Shown in pieces: positions 42,911 to 53,050 of a stretch of DNA of 64,000 bases (positions are counted from its first letter, which is position 1; each line of letters begins with the position of its first letter). Position numbers and translations under genes: made by a program. The DNA comes from Candidatus Eiseniibacteriota bacterium (GTDB lineage: Bacteria; Eisenbacteria; RBG-16-71-46; JABDJR01). The stretch lies in NCBI GenBank assembly GCA_963762255.1, contig CAVXKA010000002.1, positions 800,001 to 864,000 on the forward strand, written 5' to 3'. The notes under the pieces are model-generated. The model had not been told where the DNA came from and searched no databases. It worked only from the letters and a program-made list of their open reading frames with translations.

Positions 42911-43737
42911 CGTTTGACGCTCACTTGCGCGACCCGGCTCTTGAAATCCCCGAAACCGGTGTCCGTGGTGGTCAGCGATTTCGGCGGCAAGACCGCGATG
43001 AGGCCCTGGACATCCTTGATGCGCTCTTCGGTGAGGGGGTGGCTCGAGAAGAACTGCTCGATGGCGCCCGGCTTCGCCGTCTGCATGGTCACGAGCACCT
43101 GAAAGAAATCCACGATGCCCTGAGGGTTCACTCCGGCTTCATAGACGAAGTGCACGCCGAGTTCGTCGGCTTCGCGTTCGGCGTCGCGGCTGAACTTCAT
43201 GATGGTGCCGTTGGCGAGAACGCCGGCGAGAATTTCCTGGTATATCGCCGGGTCCTGACCGAGGGCGAGCCCGGCGATCAGCGAGATGCCGTACTGCTTG
43301 GTCAAGTTCTCCGTGCCGTGGCGGGCCAGGCCATGCGAGACCTCGTGCGCCACCACCCCCATCAGTTCGGGGTACGTCCTGGCCTCGGCGATGAGGCCGG
43401 AGTAGAAGTAGACGTGTCCCCCAGGGATGTTGAACGCGTTCACCTGCGGGTCGTCGATGACGTCGAAGGTCCAGGGTAAAGAGGCCACGTCCGACTCGTC
43501 GCGCGCGGCGGCAAGGATCTTCTCCCCTATCCTGGTGATGTAGGCCTTCACCGCCGAGTCGGTGACGAGGGTCGTCTCTTTGGCGACATCGGCGGCGAGC
43601 TGGTTCCCCAGCTCCCACTCTTCCTCCGTCGAGACCAGGTTGACGTCCCCCTTGTTGACGCCGGTGGTGGCGCAACCGAGCCCGAGGACCACCAGAGTCA
43701 GGATCATCGGCAGGAACAGAGCCCGTTTCCGTCGCAT
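42907..43737 (-). CDS. M48 family zinc metallopeptidase lipoprotein (BepA/LoiP-like)
   Basis: Lipobox LGLGC, VNAFNIPGG, HEVSH, FSRDAEREAD, SSHP. Confidence 0.9.
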   Translation of the reverse strand: MRRKRALFLPMILTLVVLGLGCATTGVNKGDVNLVSTEEEWELGNQLAADVAKETTLVTDSAVKAYITRIGEKILAAARDESDVASLPWTFDVIDDPQVNAFNIPGGHVYFYSGLIAEARTYPELMGVVAHEVSHGLARHGTENLTKQYGISLIAGLALGQDPAIYQEILAGVLANGTIMKFSRDAEREADELGVHFVYEAGVNPQGIVDFFQVLVTMQTAKPGAIEQFFSSHPLTEERIKDVQGLIAVLPPKSLTTTDTGFGDFKSRVAQVSVKR

Positions 43738-43738
43738 C

Positions 43739-44443
43739 TCAGGTCATCCTCCTCGCGGTTTCGTAGAGTTTCACGACGGTCTCCAGGGCCGCGTCGGGAC
43801 CGACCAGCTCCAGATTCAGCACGACGTGGTACGCGGTGGGATCGTCGATATCGTGATGCAGGTAGCGATGAATGAACTCGGCCCGGTCGTGATCCGCGCG
43901 AAGCACGTGAATCTCGGCTTCGGCCCGGGACAGACCGTGGCGGCGCCTGGTTTCCTCCACTCGCCAGCCCAGCCCGGCCACGAAGCGCACGTGGAACCCC
44001 GGCTGGTCGGCGAGGAGGAAGTTGGCGCCGCGTCCGACAACGACCGCCGAGCCAACGTGCGCGATGCTGACGAGGATCTTCCCCAGCGAACGCGCGAAAT
44101 CTTCACCGCTCATGATCCGGCTGTGCAGGACGCCGGCGACCCACTGCTCGACGCCGCTGCGAGTCCGCTCGTCCAACGCCTCGAGAAGTTCGCGTTGGAC
44201 TCCGGTCTCGGAGGAGACGACATCGATCACTTCCCTGTCGAAGAGCTGAAAGCCGAGCCGCTCGGAGATCCGGCCCGCCAGAGCGGTGCCGCCGCTTCCG
44301 GACTGTCGGGAGACCGTGATGATCGGGCGTTTGGGCTCGGCGGCTGCGGCGCCTCCGTCCCGCTCCCGTTCCTGTACGGCAAGTTGCTCGTGGACCCAAC
44401 GCCGGACTTGCTTCTCGATCAGACGTCCTTTGTCTTCGGTCAT
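43739..44443 (-). CDS. Cytidylate kinase-like family protein
   Basis: IITVSRQSGSGG, FDREVI, VVVGRGANF, D..RAEF, DPTAYHVVLN; GGAGG RBS. Confidence 0.85.
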   Translation of the reverse strand: MTEDKGRLIEKQVRRWVHEQLAVQERERDGGAAAAEPKRPIITVSRQSGSGGTALAGRISERLGFQLFDREVIDVVSSETGVQRELLEALDERTRSGVEQWVAGVLHSRIMSGEDFARSLGKILVSIAHVGSAVVVGRGANFLLADQPGFHVRFVAGLGWRVEETRRRHGLSRAEAEIHVLRADHDRAEFIHRYLHHDIDDPTAYHVVLNLELVGPDAALETVVKLYETARRMT

Positions 44444-44620
44444 GGCGCCTCCCTTCCCTTCACGGGGCATTCTACCGCGAATCGACGCACCGAGAAGCCC
44501 CCGAGCCGCGGCACGAGAACTTCCCGGGGCGGCGGCATGACCCGACGTTGTATAGTGGGCGCTTCGTCCGGCGCAGGCCGGGCTCACGAACATGCACCCC
44601 CTGTCGGGAGGCTCCGTCTT

Positions 44621-45730
44621 ATGGGCAAGAACCCCTTGTTGCTCCTGGCCGAACACGGTCAGAGCGTCTGGCTCGACAATCTCACGCGCGGCATGATCCA
44701 CGATGGACGGCTGAAGGGCCTCATCGATGAGGACGGCGTGTCCGGGATCACGTCGAACCCCGCCATCTTCCACAAGTCCATGACCACGGGAAGCGACTAC
44801 GACGCGCAGATTCGCACCCTTGGAGCCAGGGGACTCTCCGCGGTCGAGATCTATGAGGCCATGGCGATCCAGGACGTCCAGGACGCGCTCGATCTGCTGC
44901 GCCCGGTGTTCGACCGCGCCAACGGGACCGATGGCTTCGTGAGCCTCGAGGTGTCCCCGCATCTCGCGCGCAACACGGAAGGAACCGTCGCCGAGGCGCG
45001 GCGGCTCTGGAGCAGAGTCGCCCGCCCCAACCTCTTGGTGAAGATCCCCGGAACCCCGGAGGGCGTCCCTGCGATCCGGCAGTGCCTGAGCGAAGGCATC
45101 AACATCAACGTGACGCTGCTCTTCTCTCTGGATGCCCACCGCGCGGTGATGCACGCGCATCTGGACGCGCTGGACGCCCGCTTGGGCCGCGGCGAGCCCG
45201 TGGCCACCGTAGCCTCCGTGGCAAGCTTCTTCCTGAGCCGGATCGACACCAAGGTGGACAAACTGCTCGACGGGATGACCGACCCCCGCGCCAAGACGAT
45301 CCGCGGCATGACGGCGGTGGCGAGCGCCAAGCTCGCGTACGCACTCTGGAAGGAGACCTACTCGGGGCCGCGATGGGAGAAGCTCCGCGCGGCGGGAGCG
45401 CGGGTGCAGAAGCCGCTGTGGGCCAGCACCTCCACCAAGGACAAGGCCTATCCCGACGTGAAGTACGTGGAGCCCTTGATCGGGCCTTTCACCGTGAACA
45501 CGCTCCCCGACGAGACGGTCGACGCGTTCCGCGACCACGGTCGTGTGGCGGATACGGTGGAGTTGGATCTCGATCGCGAGCGCCGCGCGCTGGCCGATCT
45601 CGAGTCCCTGGGTATCTCGCTCAAGCGAGTGACCGACGAACTCGTGGAAGAGGGCATCGAAAAGTTCAACCAGCCGTTCGACGCACTCCTGGCCGCGCTG
45701 GAAGTGAAGCGGAAGGCACTGGCCACCTAG
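44621..45730 (+). CDS. tal: Transaldolase
   Basis: GQSVWLD, GITSNP, VSLEVSP, VKIP, NVTLLFS, SFFLSRID, LWASTSTK. Confidence 0.95.
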   Translation: MGKNPLLLLAEHGQSVWLDNLTRGMIHDGRLKGLIDEDGVSGITSNPAIFHKSMTTGSDYDAQIRTLGARGLSAVEIYEAMAIQDVQDALDLLRPVFDRANGTDGFVSLEVSPHLARNTEGTVAEARRLWSRVARPNLLVKIPGTPEGVPAIRQCLSEGININVTLLFSLDAHRAVMHAHLDALDARLGRGEPVATVASVASFFLSRIDTKVDKLLDGMTDPRAKTIRGMTAVASAKLAYALWKETYSGPRWEKLRAAGARVQKPLWASTSTKDKAYPDVKYVEPLIGPFTVNTLPDETVDAFRDHGRVADTVELDLDRERRALADLESLGISLKRVTDELVEEGIEKFNQPFDALLAALEVKRKALAT

Positions 45731-45742
45731 CCCCCCAAGTGT

Positions 45743-46918
45743 TCAGCCTTGCACTCGCACGCGCGGGATGCGGCCCCCGATGCGGGCCACGATCTCGTAG
45801 GGGATGGTGCCGCACCACGAGGCCAGATCTTCCGCTCGGATCACCTCATCCCCCTGACGGCCGATCAGGACCACCTCGTCCTCGAGAGCGGCGTCGGGGT
45901 GGTGGGTGACATCCACCATCGTGACGTTCATGCACACGCGACCGCGCACCGGGGCACGGCGCCCTCCGATCAGCACGTGGCCGACATTGCTGAGGCCGCG
46001 GTCGTAACCATCGGCGTACCCGATGGGCAGGACGGCGATGCGCGAGTCGGCCGGCGCTTTCCAGGAGCAGCCGTACCCGACAAAGCCCCCCGCCGGCACC
46101 GATTTCACCTGCGCAATCCGGGTCTTCCATGCCAGTACCGGCCGGAGATCCATCTGCGCCCCGTCGACATGTCGCGACGAGACATGCGTCTCCTTGCTCG
46201 GCCAAATGCCATAGGAGGAGATCCCCACTCGCGCCATCGAGAAATGCGATTCGGGGAACAGAATCGTGGCGGCCGAGCATGCGGCGTGGGGCACCGGGAC
46301 TTCGAAGCCTGCCTCGCGCACCTGCGTGAGCGCGTACCGGAAGCGGTCGAGTTGCTCCTGCGCGTAGCCGTGATCGGTGGTGTCCTCGATGTTGGCGAAA
46401 TGGGTGGTGAGCCCCTCAAGCCGCAGCCCGGGCAGCGAGCGGACAAGCTCGAGATAGTCGGGCAATTCCGACGCAGGGATTCCGTACCGGTGGGTGCCGG
46501 TCTCCACCTTGAGGTGCACGCGGATCTCGCGTCCGCGCTCCGAGGCCACGCGGGAGAGAGCGTTCAGACTCTCCATGTTGAAGATGACCGGGCTTCCCTC
46601 TGCGTCGACGACCGCGTCCCAAGCGGACAGCGGCACGTAACCCAGGATCACGACCGGGAGCTTCACCCCCGCCGCCCGAACCCTCACCAGTTCGTCCACC
46701 GAGATCACGGCCAGACGGTGCACGATGCCGGAGGCCGCGTCCTCCGCCGCCACCAATTCCAGACCGTGGCCGTAGGCGTCGGACTTCACCACATGGGCTA
46801 ACTCGACGCCGGGACCCAGGCGACGGCGGAAGGCGTGGAGATTGCCCAGCAAGGCGGCGGTGTCGACTTCGACCCAGGTGAGCGCAGTCCGCGCGATGCG
46901 CTGGCGGGTGGGGTTCAT
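45743..46918 (-). CDS. alr: Alanine racemase
   Basis: VVKSDAYGHG, HLKVETG, THFA, IGYADG, GRVCM, TIPYE. Confidence 0.95.
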   Translation of the reverse strand: MNPTRQRIARTALTWVEVDTAALLGNLHAFRRRLGPGVELAHVVKSDAYGHGLELVAAEDAASGIVHRLAVISVDELVRVRAAGVKLPVVILGYVPLSAWDAVVDAEGSPVIFNMESLNALSRVASERGREIRVHLKVETGTHRYGIPASELPDYLELVRSLPGLRLEGLTTHFANIEDTTDHGYAQEQLDRFRYALTQVREAGFEVPVPHAACSAATILFPESHFSMARVGISSYGIWPSKETHVSSRHVDGAQMDLRPVLAWKTRIAQVKSVPAGGFVGYGCSWKAPADSRIAVLPIGYADGYDRGLSNVGHVLIGGRRAPVRGRVCMNVTMVDVTHHPDAALEDEVVLIGRQGDEVIRAEDLASWCGTIPYEIVARIGGRIPRVRVQG

Positions 46919-46938
46919 CGCAGCGGGTCGCCCATGCG

Positions 46939-47346
46939 TCAGTAGCGCGGAAGGCTCGGGTCAACCTGCTGGGTCCACCGGTCGATGCCGCCGGCCAGGC
47001 TCTTGACCTGTTCGTAGCCGTGGTCCCAGAGGATCAGGGCCGCCTCCATGCTGCGTATGCCGTGATGGCAGAAGAGGACGACATCGTCCATCGGATCGAG
47101 TTCCTCGTCCGCTCGGTACTCCAGCTCGTTCAGAGGGATGAGAATCGCCCCGGGCAACGAGGCGATGTTCGCCTCCCATGGCTCGCGCACGTCGACGAGC
47201 ACAATCGGCTCGCCGAGGTCGAGCCGACGGCGAAGATCGAGGGGAGTGATTTCCCAGGCGTCGACTTTATCGGTGTTCAAGCGATGAGGTCCCTTCCACT
47301 CGGGGGGCCAGACGGGCCCTAGGCTGTCAGAAGGGTCGGGAAGCAT
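46939..47346 (-). CDS. Single-domain rhodanese (sulfurtransferase)
   Basis: LVDVREPWE, FCHHGIRS, SLAGGIDRW, DPSLPRY. Confidence 0.88.
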   Translation of the reverse strand: MLPDPSDSLGPVWPPEWKGPHRLNTDKVDAWEITPLDLRRRLDLGEPIVLVDVREPWEANIASLPGAILIPLNELEYRADEELDPMDDVVLFCHHGIRSMEAALILWDHGYEQVKSLAGGIDRWTQQVDPSLPRY

Positions 47347-47473
47347 GAGGTGATTCCTTTCCGAGCCGGCGGTTCGAGGGCCGGCCGAAACCGAACGGGT
47401 ACGCGCGCAATGATACCGCGTCGGCGCGTCTCGAGGTCCCTCAGTTTCCGGCGCGGCGAAAAGGGCAAACGGG

Positions 47474-48043
47474 TCAGCTCTCCAGAATCGCCGCGGCCGC
47501 CGCCCAGAGCCCCGCATCTGCCGCAGCGGCCCCCCCCTCGATGAGACTCTGCCGCTCGAAAAAGGCCAGACGCACCGCCATCCCCAGCAGAATCGCCGCC
47601 TTGACGCTGACGTTGCCGGTGGGGAGTTCGCCGGACTGCATCCCCCGTTTCAGCTCGCGCAACACGAGATCCCGCGGCTTCGGGTGCGGGACAAGCCAAC
47701 GCGCGTAGTCCGAGTGGAAGACCTGAAAGAGGAACGCGTACTCGGCCGGGTGACGGCGGGAGTGCCCGAGAAGCCCCTGCAGAACCCCGATGACCCGCTC
47801 CGTAGGATCCTTCACCGCCTCGGCGCCTGCCTCCATCTCCGCCAGCATCCCCGCGTGCGCCTCCTCGAAGAGACGGTGAGCAAGCTCTTCCTTTCCGTCC
47901 CAGTACTTGTAGATCGCTGCCTGGGAGCAACGGGCACGCTGGGCGATCTCCTGAGTCGTGGTCCCGGCAATTCCCTTGCGAGCCATGAGTTCCAGCGCGG
48001 CAACCCGGATTCGATCGCGAGCGCCATCCGCCTTGGGCATCAT
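47474..48043 (-). CDS. TetR/AcrR family transcriptional regulator
   Basis: RIRVAALEL..KG..GTTTQEIA..A..SQAAIYKYW..KEEL; AGGAGG RBS. Confidence 0.9.
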   Translation of the reverse strand: MMPKADGARDRIRVAALELMARKGIAGTTTQEIAQRARCSQAAIYKYWDGKEELAHRLFEEAHAGMLAEMEAGAEAVKDPTERVIGVLQGLLGHSRRHPAEYAFLFQVFHSDYARWLVPHPKPRDLVLRELKRGMQSGELPTGNVSVKAAILLGMAVRLAFFERQSLIEGGAAAADAGLWAAAAAILES

Positions 48044-48059
48044 CCCTCCTTTGGTCGTG

Positions 48060-48098
48060 GGTGAATCTTTACTTACCAAATCTCAACGAGCTTGTCAA
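48060..48098 (-). promoter_or_regulatory. Putative tetR promoter with overlapping imperfect palindrome (operator candidate)
   Basis: TTGACA at 48098-48093; GGTGAAT-cttt-ACTTACC at 48060-48077. Confidence 0.45.
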
Positions 48099-48231
48099 CG
48101 GTCCACACGGGGAGTAGCCTCCCTCGTCTGGTGCCCGTCGACCTTTGCGGCACCTTTCCCCGACTTCCCCCCGTCCAGCCGCTCCCCCGCGGCGTTCGGG
48201 CGATCTGGCCTCTCAGCTAAGGAGTTGCACG

Positions 48232-49635
48232 GTGGCGGATGGACGATCGTACGACCTGGTGGTGATCGGAGCAGGCCCAGGCGGGTACGTGGCCGCGGTG
48301 CGCGCGGCGCAGCTCGGGCTCAAGACCGCGGTCGTGGAGCGGGACAGGGCGCTTGGCGGTACCTGCCTCCTTCGCGGATGCATCCCGACCAAGTTCCTGC
48401 TCCAGGCCGCTTCCCTCTTCGATGAGTTCCGCTCGATGGAGCGCTATGGGCTCAAGGCCGAAGGGCTCACGCTTGACTGGAAGAAGACGCAGGTCGAGAA
48501 GACGAAGACAGTGCGCCGACTGACCGCGGCGATCGGCGCCCTCATGAAGAAGGGGCGGATCGATGTCGTGGAAGGGCATGGCCGCTTGCGGGGGGCGGGC
48601 AAGGTCGAGGTGGAACTCAACGCCGGCGGCACCGAGACCCTCACCGCGCGGTTCGTTCTCATCGCCACAGGTTCCTACCCCAAGATGCTGCCGTTCCTCA
48701 CTCGGGACGGGAAGCGCATCATCACCTCCGACGAGGCACTCGAGCTTGCGGAGATTCCCAAGTCATTGATCGTGGTCGGCTCGGGCGCGGTGGGGAGCGA
48801 GTTCGCTTCCATCTATCGCTCGTTCGGCACCGAGGTGACGCTCCTCGAAGCGCTCCCCCGATTGATCCCCAACGAAGACGCCGATATGAGCGCTGAGTTG
48901 ACCAAGGCATTCAGGAAGCGCGGCATCGACGCGCGCGCGGGCGTGGCGATGGAGAGCGGCGAGGTCACCGAGACGGGGGTGAGAGTGCGCCTGGGGGGCG
49001 AGAAGACCGAGACCCTGGAAGCCGAGCTGCTGCTTGTAGCAGTCGGGCGCGGGCCGGTATCCAAGGATGTCGGCATCGAGACGACGTCGATCCAACTCGA
49101 CAAGGGCGGCTTCATCCCCATCGATGCCTTCATGCGCACGAGCGAGCCCGGCGTCTACGCGATCGGCGACGTGGTGCCGACCGCAGGCCTCGCGCATCTG
49201 GCCTCCAAGGAAGGGATCCTCGCCGTGGAGCACATGGCGGGCAAGAGCGTGAGGCCGATTCGCTACGAGACCGTGCCGAACGCGATCTACTGCGAGCCCG
49301 AGGTGGCCTCGGTGGGGCTCACCGAGGAGAAGGCGAGAGAGACGGGCCGCGAGGTGATGGTCGGCAAGTTCCCCTTCTCGCACTCCTCCAAGGCGATGAT
49401 CGCAGGGCATCAGGACGGCCTGGTCAAGATCGTCAGCGACGCCCGGTACGACGAAGTGCTGGGCGTGCACATCATCGGACCCAAGGCGACCGAGCTCATC
49501 GCGGAGGCGGTGGTGGGGATGACGCTGGAGACGACGACCGAGGAGCTCTTCCGGGCCATCCACCCGCACCCCACGCTCTCGGAAGCGGTAATGGAGGCGG
49601 CGGAGAATCTGCATGGCGAGAGCATCCACATCTAG
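48232..49635 (+). CDS. lpdA: Dihydrolipoyl dehydrogenase (E3)
   Basis: IGAGPGGY, GGTCLLRGCIPTK, GSGAVG, HPHPTLSE; AAGGAG RBS before GTG. Confidence 0.95.
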   Translation: MADGRSYDLVVIGAGPGGYVAAVRAAQLGLKTAVVERDRALGGTCLLRGCIPTKFLLQAASLFDEFRSMERYGLKAEGLTLDWKKTQVEKTKTVRRLTAAIGALMKKGRIDVVEGHGRLRGAGKVEVELNAGGTETLTARFVLIATGSYPKMLPFLTRDGKRIITSDEALELAEIPKSLIVVGSGAVGSEFASIYRSFGTEVTLLEALPRLIPNEDADMSAELTKAFRKRGIDARAGVAMESGEVTETGVRVRLGGEKTETLEAELLLVAVGRGPVSKDVGIETTSIQLDKGGFIPIDAFMRTSEPGVYAIGDVVPTAGLAHLASKEGILAVEHMAGKSVRPIRYETVPNAIYCEPEVASVGLTEEKARETGREVMVGKFPFSHSSKAMIAGHQDGLVKIVSDARYDEVLGVHIIGPKATELIAEAVVGMTLETTTEELFRAIHPHPTLSEAVMEAAENLHGESIHI

Positions 49636-50656
49636 GGGCCCCTCGGAGTCGCTCTCCCGCGAACGGCGGATCGAGCTCTATCGCTGGATGCTGCTCACGC
49701 GGCGCCTCGAGGAGCGCCTGGTCAACCTCTACCGCCAGAACCAGATCGTGGGCGGTCTCTACCGTAGCCTCGGTCAGGAGGCGGAGACGATCGGCGCGGT
49801 CTTCGCGCTCGAGAAGCAAGATATCGTGGGACCGCTGATCCGCAACCTGGGCGCAGTCCTGGTGAAGGGCTATCGCCCTCGCGACGTGGCCATGCAGTAC
49901 ATGGCCCGCGCCGGAGGACCGACGCGGGGCAAGGATCTCAACACCCATTTCGGCACCGTCCCCGAGCCTGGTGTGGTGGCGCCGGTGAGCATGCTCGGCG
50001 ACACCGTCCCGGTCATGGCGGGCATCGCGCTGGCGGCCAAGCTCCGCCGCGAGGATCGCGTTGCGTTGGCTTTCGTCGGAGACGGTGCGACGTCTACCGG
50101 CGCGTTTTATGAAGGGGTGAACCTGGCCGCGGTGTGGCGGCTCCCGTTGGTCGTGGTGGCCGAGCACAACGGCTACGCGTATTCCACGCCGACCTCGCGA
50201 CAGATGGCGGTGGCTCGCATTGCCGACAAGGCAGCGGGGCTGGGACTTCCCGGGGTGACGGTGGATGGAAACGACGTGCTCGCGGTGTTCGACGCGGTGC
50301 GCACGGCGCGCGCCCGCGCGGTCGGCGGCGAAGGCCCCACGCTCATCGAGGTCGTCACCTATCGCCGCAAGGGGCACGCCGAGCACGACACGCAGAAATA
50401 CGTGCCGGAGGGCGAAATCGAGACGTGGGAGAAGGACGACCCGATCGCTCGCTACGAGCGCTCTCTCGCGGATAGCGGTCATGCACACGAGGAGGATCTG
50501 GCCGCCGTGCAGCGCGAAGTGGCCGCGTATCTCGAGGAGGAGATCGATGCCGCGCTCGCATCCCCCATGCCCGATCCCGGTGTGGCGGTGGAAGGCGTGT
50601 ATGCGCCTCCCTTCCTGACGCCGGATACCCTCGCTCCGTATCGGGAGGGCGCGTGA
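49613..50656 (+). CDS. 2-oxoacid dehydrogenase E1 alpha (branched-chain/pyruvate type)
   Basis: GQEA, GDGATS..EGVN..N TPP motif, YRRKGHAEHD. Confidence 0.92.
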   Translation: MARASTSRGPSESLSRERRIELYRWMLLTRRLEERLVNLYRQNQIVGGLYRSLGQEAETIGAVFALEKQDIVGPLIRNLGAVLVKGYRPRDVAMQYMARAGGPTRGKDLNTHFGTVPEPGVVAPVSMLGDTVPVMAGIALAAKLRREDRVALAFVGDGATSTGAFYEGVNLAAVWRLPLVVVAEHNGYAYSTPTSRQMAVARIADKAAGLGLPGVTVDGNDVLAVFDAVRTARARAVGGEGPTLIEVVTYRRKGHAEHDTQKYVPEGEIETWEKDDPIARYERSLADSGHAHEEDLAAVQREVAAYLEEEIDAALASPMPDPGVAVEGVYAPPFLTPDTLAPYREGA

Positions 50657-51651
50657 GCACCGTGCCCGCCACTGGCGCGACGGAGATCACGTATCTCGAG
50701 GCGATCCGTCAGGCGCTCTTCGAGGAGATGGCGCGCGACGAGCGGGTGCTGCTGATCGGCGAGGACGTGGCCACCTATGGCGGTGCGTTCGGGGTGACGA
50801 GCGGTCTGAGCGAGCGCTTCGGCGCGGACCGCGTCCTCGACACCCCGATCAGCGAGACCGGCTTCACCGGCGCCGCTTGCGGGGCAGCGCTCATGGGCTT
50901 TCGGCCGGTGGTCGAGTTCCAGTTCATCGACTTCATCGCCTGCGCCTTCGACATGATCGTCAACTTCGCGGCGCCGCAGCGATACCGCACCGGGATGGCC
51001 TTGCCGCTGGTCTTTCGCGGACCGTGCGGAGGCGGTGTGCGAGGCGGCCCCTTTCACAGCCAGAACCCCGAGGCCTTCTTCTTCAACACGCCGGGGCTCA
51101 AGATCGTGGCTCCGGCGACCGCTCATGACGCCAAGGGACTCCTCAAGGCGGCCATCCGCGACGACGATCCCGTGATCTTTCTCGAGCACAAGTTCCTGTA
51201 CCGGCGCATCAAGGAGGTCCTCCCCGACGAGGACATCGTGGTACCGATCGGCAAAGGCATCGTCCGACGTCCGGGTACGGATCTCACCATCCTCACCTAC
51301 GGTGGGATGATGCACCGTTCGCTGGAGGCCGCGAACACGCTCGAAGGCGAAGGGATCTCGGCGGAGGTCATCGACCTGCGCAGCCTCCTTCCCTTCGACG
51401 AGGAGATGATCCTCGCGTCCGCCCGCAAGACCGGAAAGGTGCTGATCGCGCACGAGGACACGCTGACCGGCGGAGTCGGCGCCGAGTTCGCCGCGCGCAT
51501 CGGCGAAAAGGCGTTCGAATACCTCGATGCGCCGGTGCTGCGGGTGGCGAGCCTCGACACGCCCGTCCCCTACAGCCCGCCGCTGGAGGATTTCTTCATG
51601 CCCAACACTCACACTATCGCCAGCGCCGCGCGTCGGCTTGCGGCGTACTGA
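50653..51651 (+). CDS. 2-oxoacid dehydrogenase E1 beta
   Basis: GEDV..GGAF, DTPISE, EFQFIDF, FHSQ, FLEHK, IDLRSL. Confidence 0.93.
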   Translation: MSTVPATGATEITYLEAIRQALFEEMARDERVLLIGEDVATYGGAFGVTSGLSERFGADRVLDTPISETGFTGAACGAALMGFRPVVEFQFIDFIACAFDMIVNFAAPQRYRTGMALPLVFRGPCGGGVRGGPFHSQNPEAFFFNTPGLKIVAPATAHDAKGLLKAAIRDDDPVIFLEHKFLYRRIKEVLPDEDIVVPIGKGIVRRPGTDLTILTYGGMMHRSLEAANTLEGEGISAEVIDLRSLLPFDEEMILASARKTGKVLIAHEDTLTGGVGAEFAARIGEKAFEYLDAPVLRVASLDTPVPYSPPLEDFFMPNTHTIASAARRLAAY

Positions 51652-51664
51652 CGGAGGCAGAGCC

Positions 51665-53050
51665 ATGGCCCAGGAAGTCATCATGCCCCAGATGGGCGAG
51701 TCGCTCGCCGAGGGGACCATCACCAAGTGGATCAAGAAAGTCGGGGACCGGGTGGAGCGCGACGAGCCCCTCTTCGAGATCTCGACCGACAAGGTGGACG
51801 CGGAAATTCCCGCGCCGGCGGCAGGTGTGCTGCTGGAGATCAGGTTCGGCGAGGGGCAGACGGTGCCGGTCAATACCGTGGTGGGGATGATCGGGGCGGC
51901 CGGCGAGGCGGCCCCGGGTCCCGCCGCGGCCGCGCCGGCGGCGAAACCGTCGCCCGCACCACCCCCGGCGGCGATCCCGCCTACTGCGCCGACTGCATCA
52001 CTCCCCGCCGTGGAGGCGCCTTCAGTCCTGTCTCAGCCCGCCGCTGGCGCACTCGCCGAGACGCCCCGCGGCGAGCAGACTCCAGAGGAACTGCGCCGGC
52101 TGCGGTCATCGCCGGTCGTGCGCAAGATCGCGGCCGAGCACGGGGTAGACATCGCGACCCTGCCGGGCACGGGCATCTCCGGACGGGTGACCAAGAAGGA
52201 CATCCTCGGCTTCATCGAACACGGCGGCGTCCCTGCCATGCCTGCGCCGGCGGTCGCGCCCGCCCCCACCCCCGCCGCCGCCGCGGCAGCAACGGCGACG
52301 GGCGCGGGGGGCCTCGGTGCGGCCATCCCCGACCTGCGCATCCCCGCCTACGCGGAGGGCGAGCCGGTCGTGATCGAGCCCATGAGCGTCATGCGCCGCA
52401 AGATCGCCGACCACATGCTCTACTCGCAGACCATCGCCGCGCACGTCACATCCTTCTTCGATGTAGATTTCGAGACGGTCGCGCGGGAGCGCAAGGCCCT
52501 CAAGTCCTCCTTCGCGGAGAAGGGGGTGAACCTGACCTACATGCCCTTCATCATCCGCGCGATCGTGGACGGCCTTCAGCGTCATCCGTACGTCAATGCT
52601 TCGGTCATGGGCGACAAGATCGTGCTCAAGAAGGAGATCAACATCGGGATCGCTGTCGCGCTGGAGGAGGGCAAGGGCCTCATCGTGCCGGTCATCCGAC
52701 ACGCCGACGAGATGAACCTGCTCGGGCTCGCCCGCGCGGTGAACGACCTCGGGGAGCGCGCCCGCACGAAACGGCTGTCACCGGACGATGTGCAGCGAGG
52801 CACCTTCTCGATCACCAACCCCGGCGTGTACGGCGGGCTCATGGGAACGCCGATCATCAACCAACCCCAGGTGGCGATCCTCGGGGTAGGCGCCATCGAG
52901 AAGCGGCCGGTGGTGATCAACGACGCGATCGCGATTCGCCATCGCGCGTACCTCTCGCTCTCCTACGACCACCGCCTCGTGGACGGCGCCATGGCCGAGA
53001 GCTTCATGGCCCACGTGAAGAAATTCCTGGAGGCGGGAAGTATCCAGTGA
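51665..53050 (+). CDS. Dihydrolipoamide acyltransferase (E2), one lipoyl domain
   Basis: MPQMGES, STDKV lipoyl site, SPVVRKIA/GTG.SGRV E3-binding domain, DHRLVDG. Confidence 0.93.
   Translation: MAQEVIMPQMGESLAEGTITKWIKKVGDRVERDEPLFEISTDKVDAEIPAPAAGVLLEIRFGEGQTVPVNTVVGMIGAAGEAAPGPAAAAPAAKPSPAPPPAAIPPTAPTASLPAVEAPSVLSQPAAGALAETPRGEQTPEELRRLRSSPVVRKIAAEHGVDIATLPGTGISGRVTKKDILGFIEHGGVPAMPAPAVAPAPTPAAAAAATATGAGGLGAAIPDLRIPAYAEGEPVVIEPMSVMRRKIADHMLYSQTIAAHVTSFFDVDFETVARERKALKSSFAEKGVNLTYMPFIIRAIVDGLQRHPYVNASVMGDKIVLKKEINIGIAVALEEGKGLIVPVIRHADEMNLLGLARAVNDLGERARTKRLSPDDVQRGTFSITNPGVYGGLMGTPIINQPQVAILGVGAIEKRPVVINDAIAIRHRAYLSLSYDHRLVDGAMAESFMAHVKKFLEAGSIQ

Noticed and set aside
51900-52330. Pro/Ala-rich low-complexity repeats in E2
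   Set aside because: Normal flexible linkers of dihydrolipoamide acyltransferases
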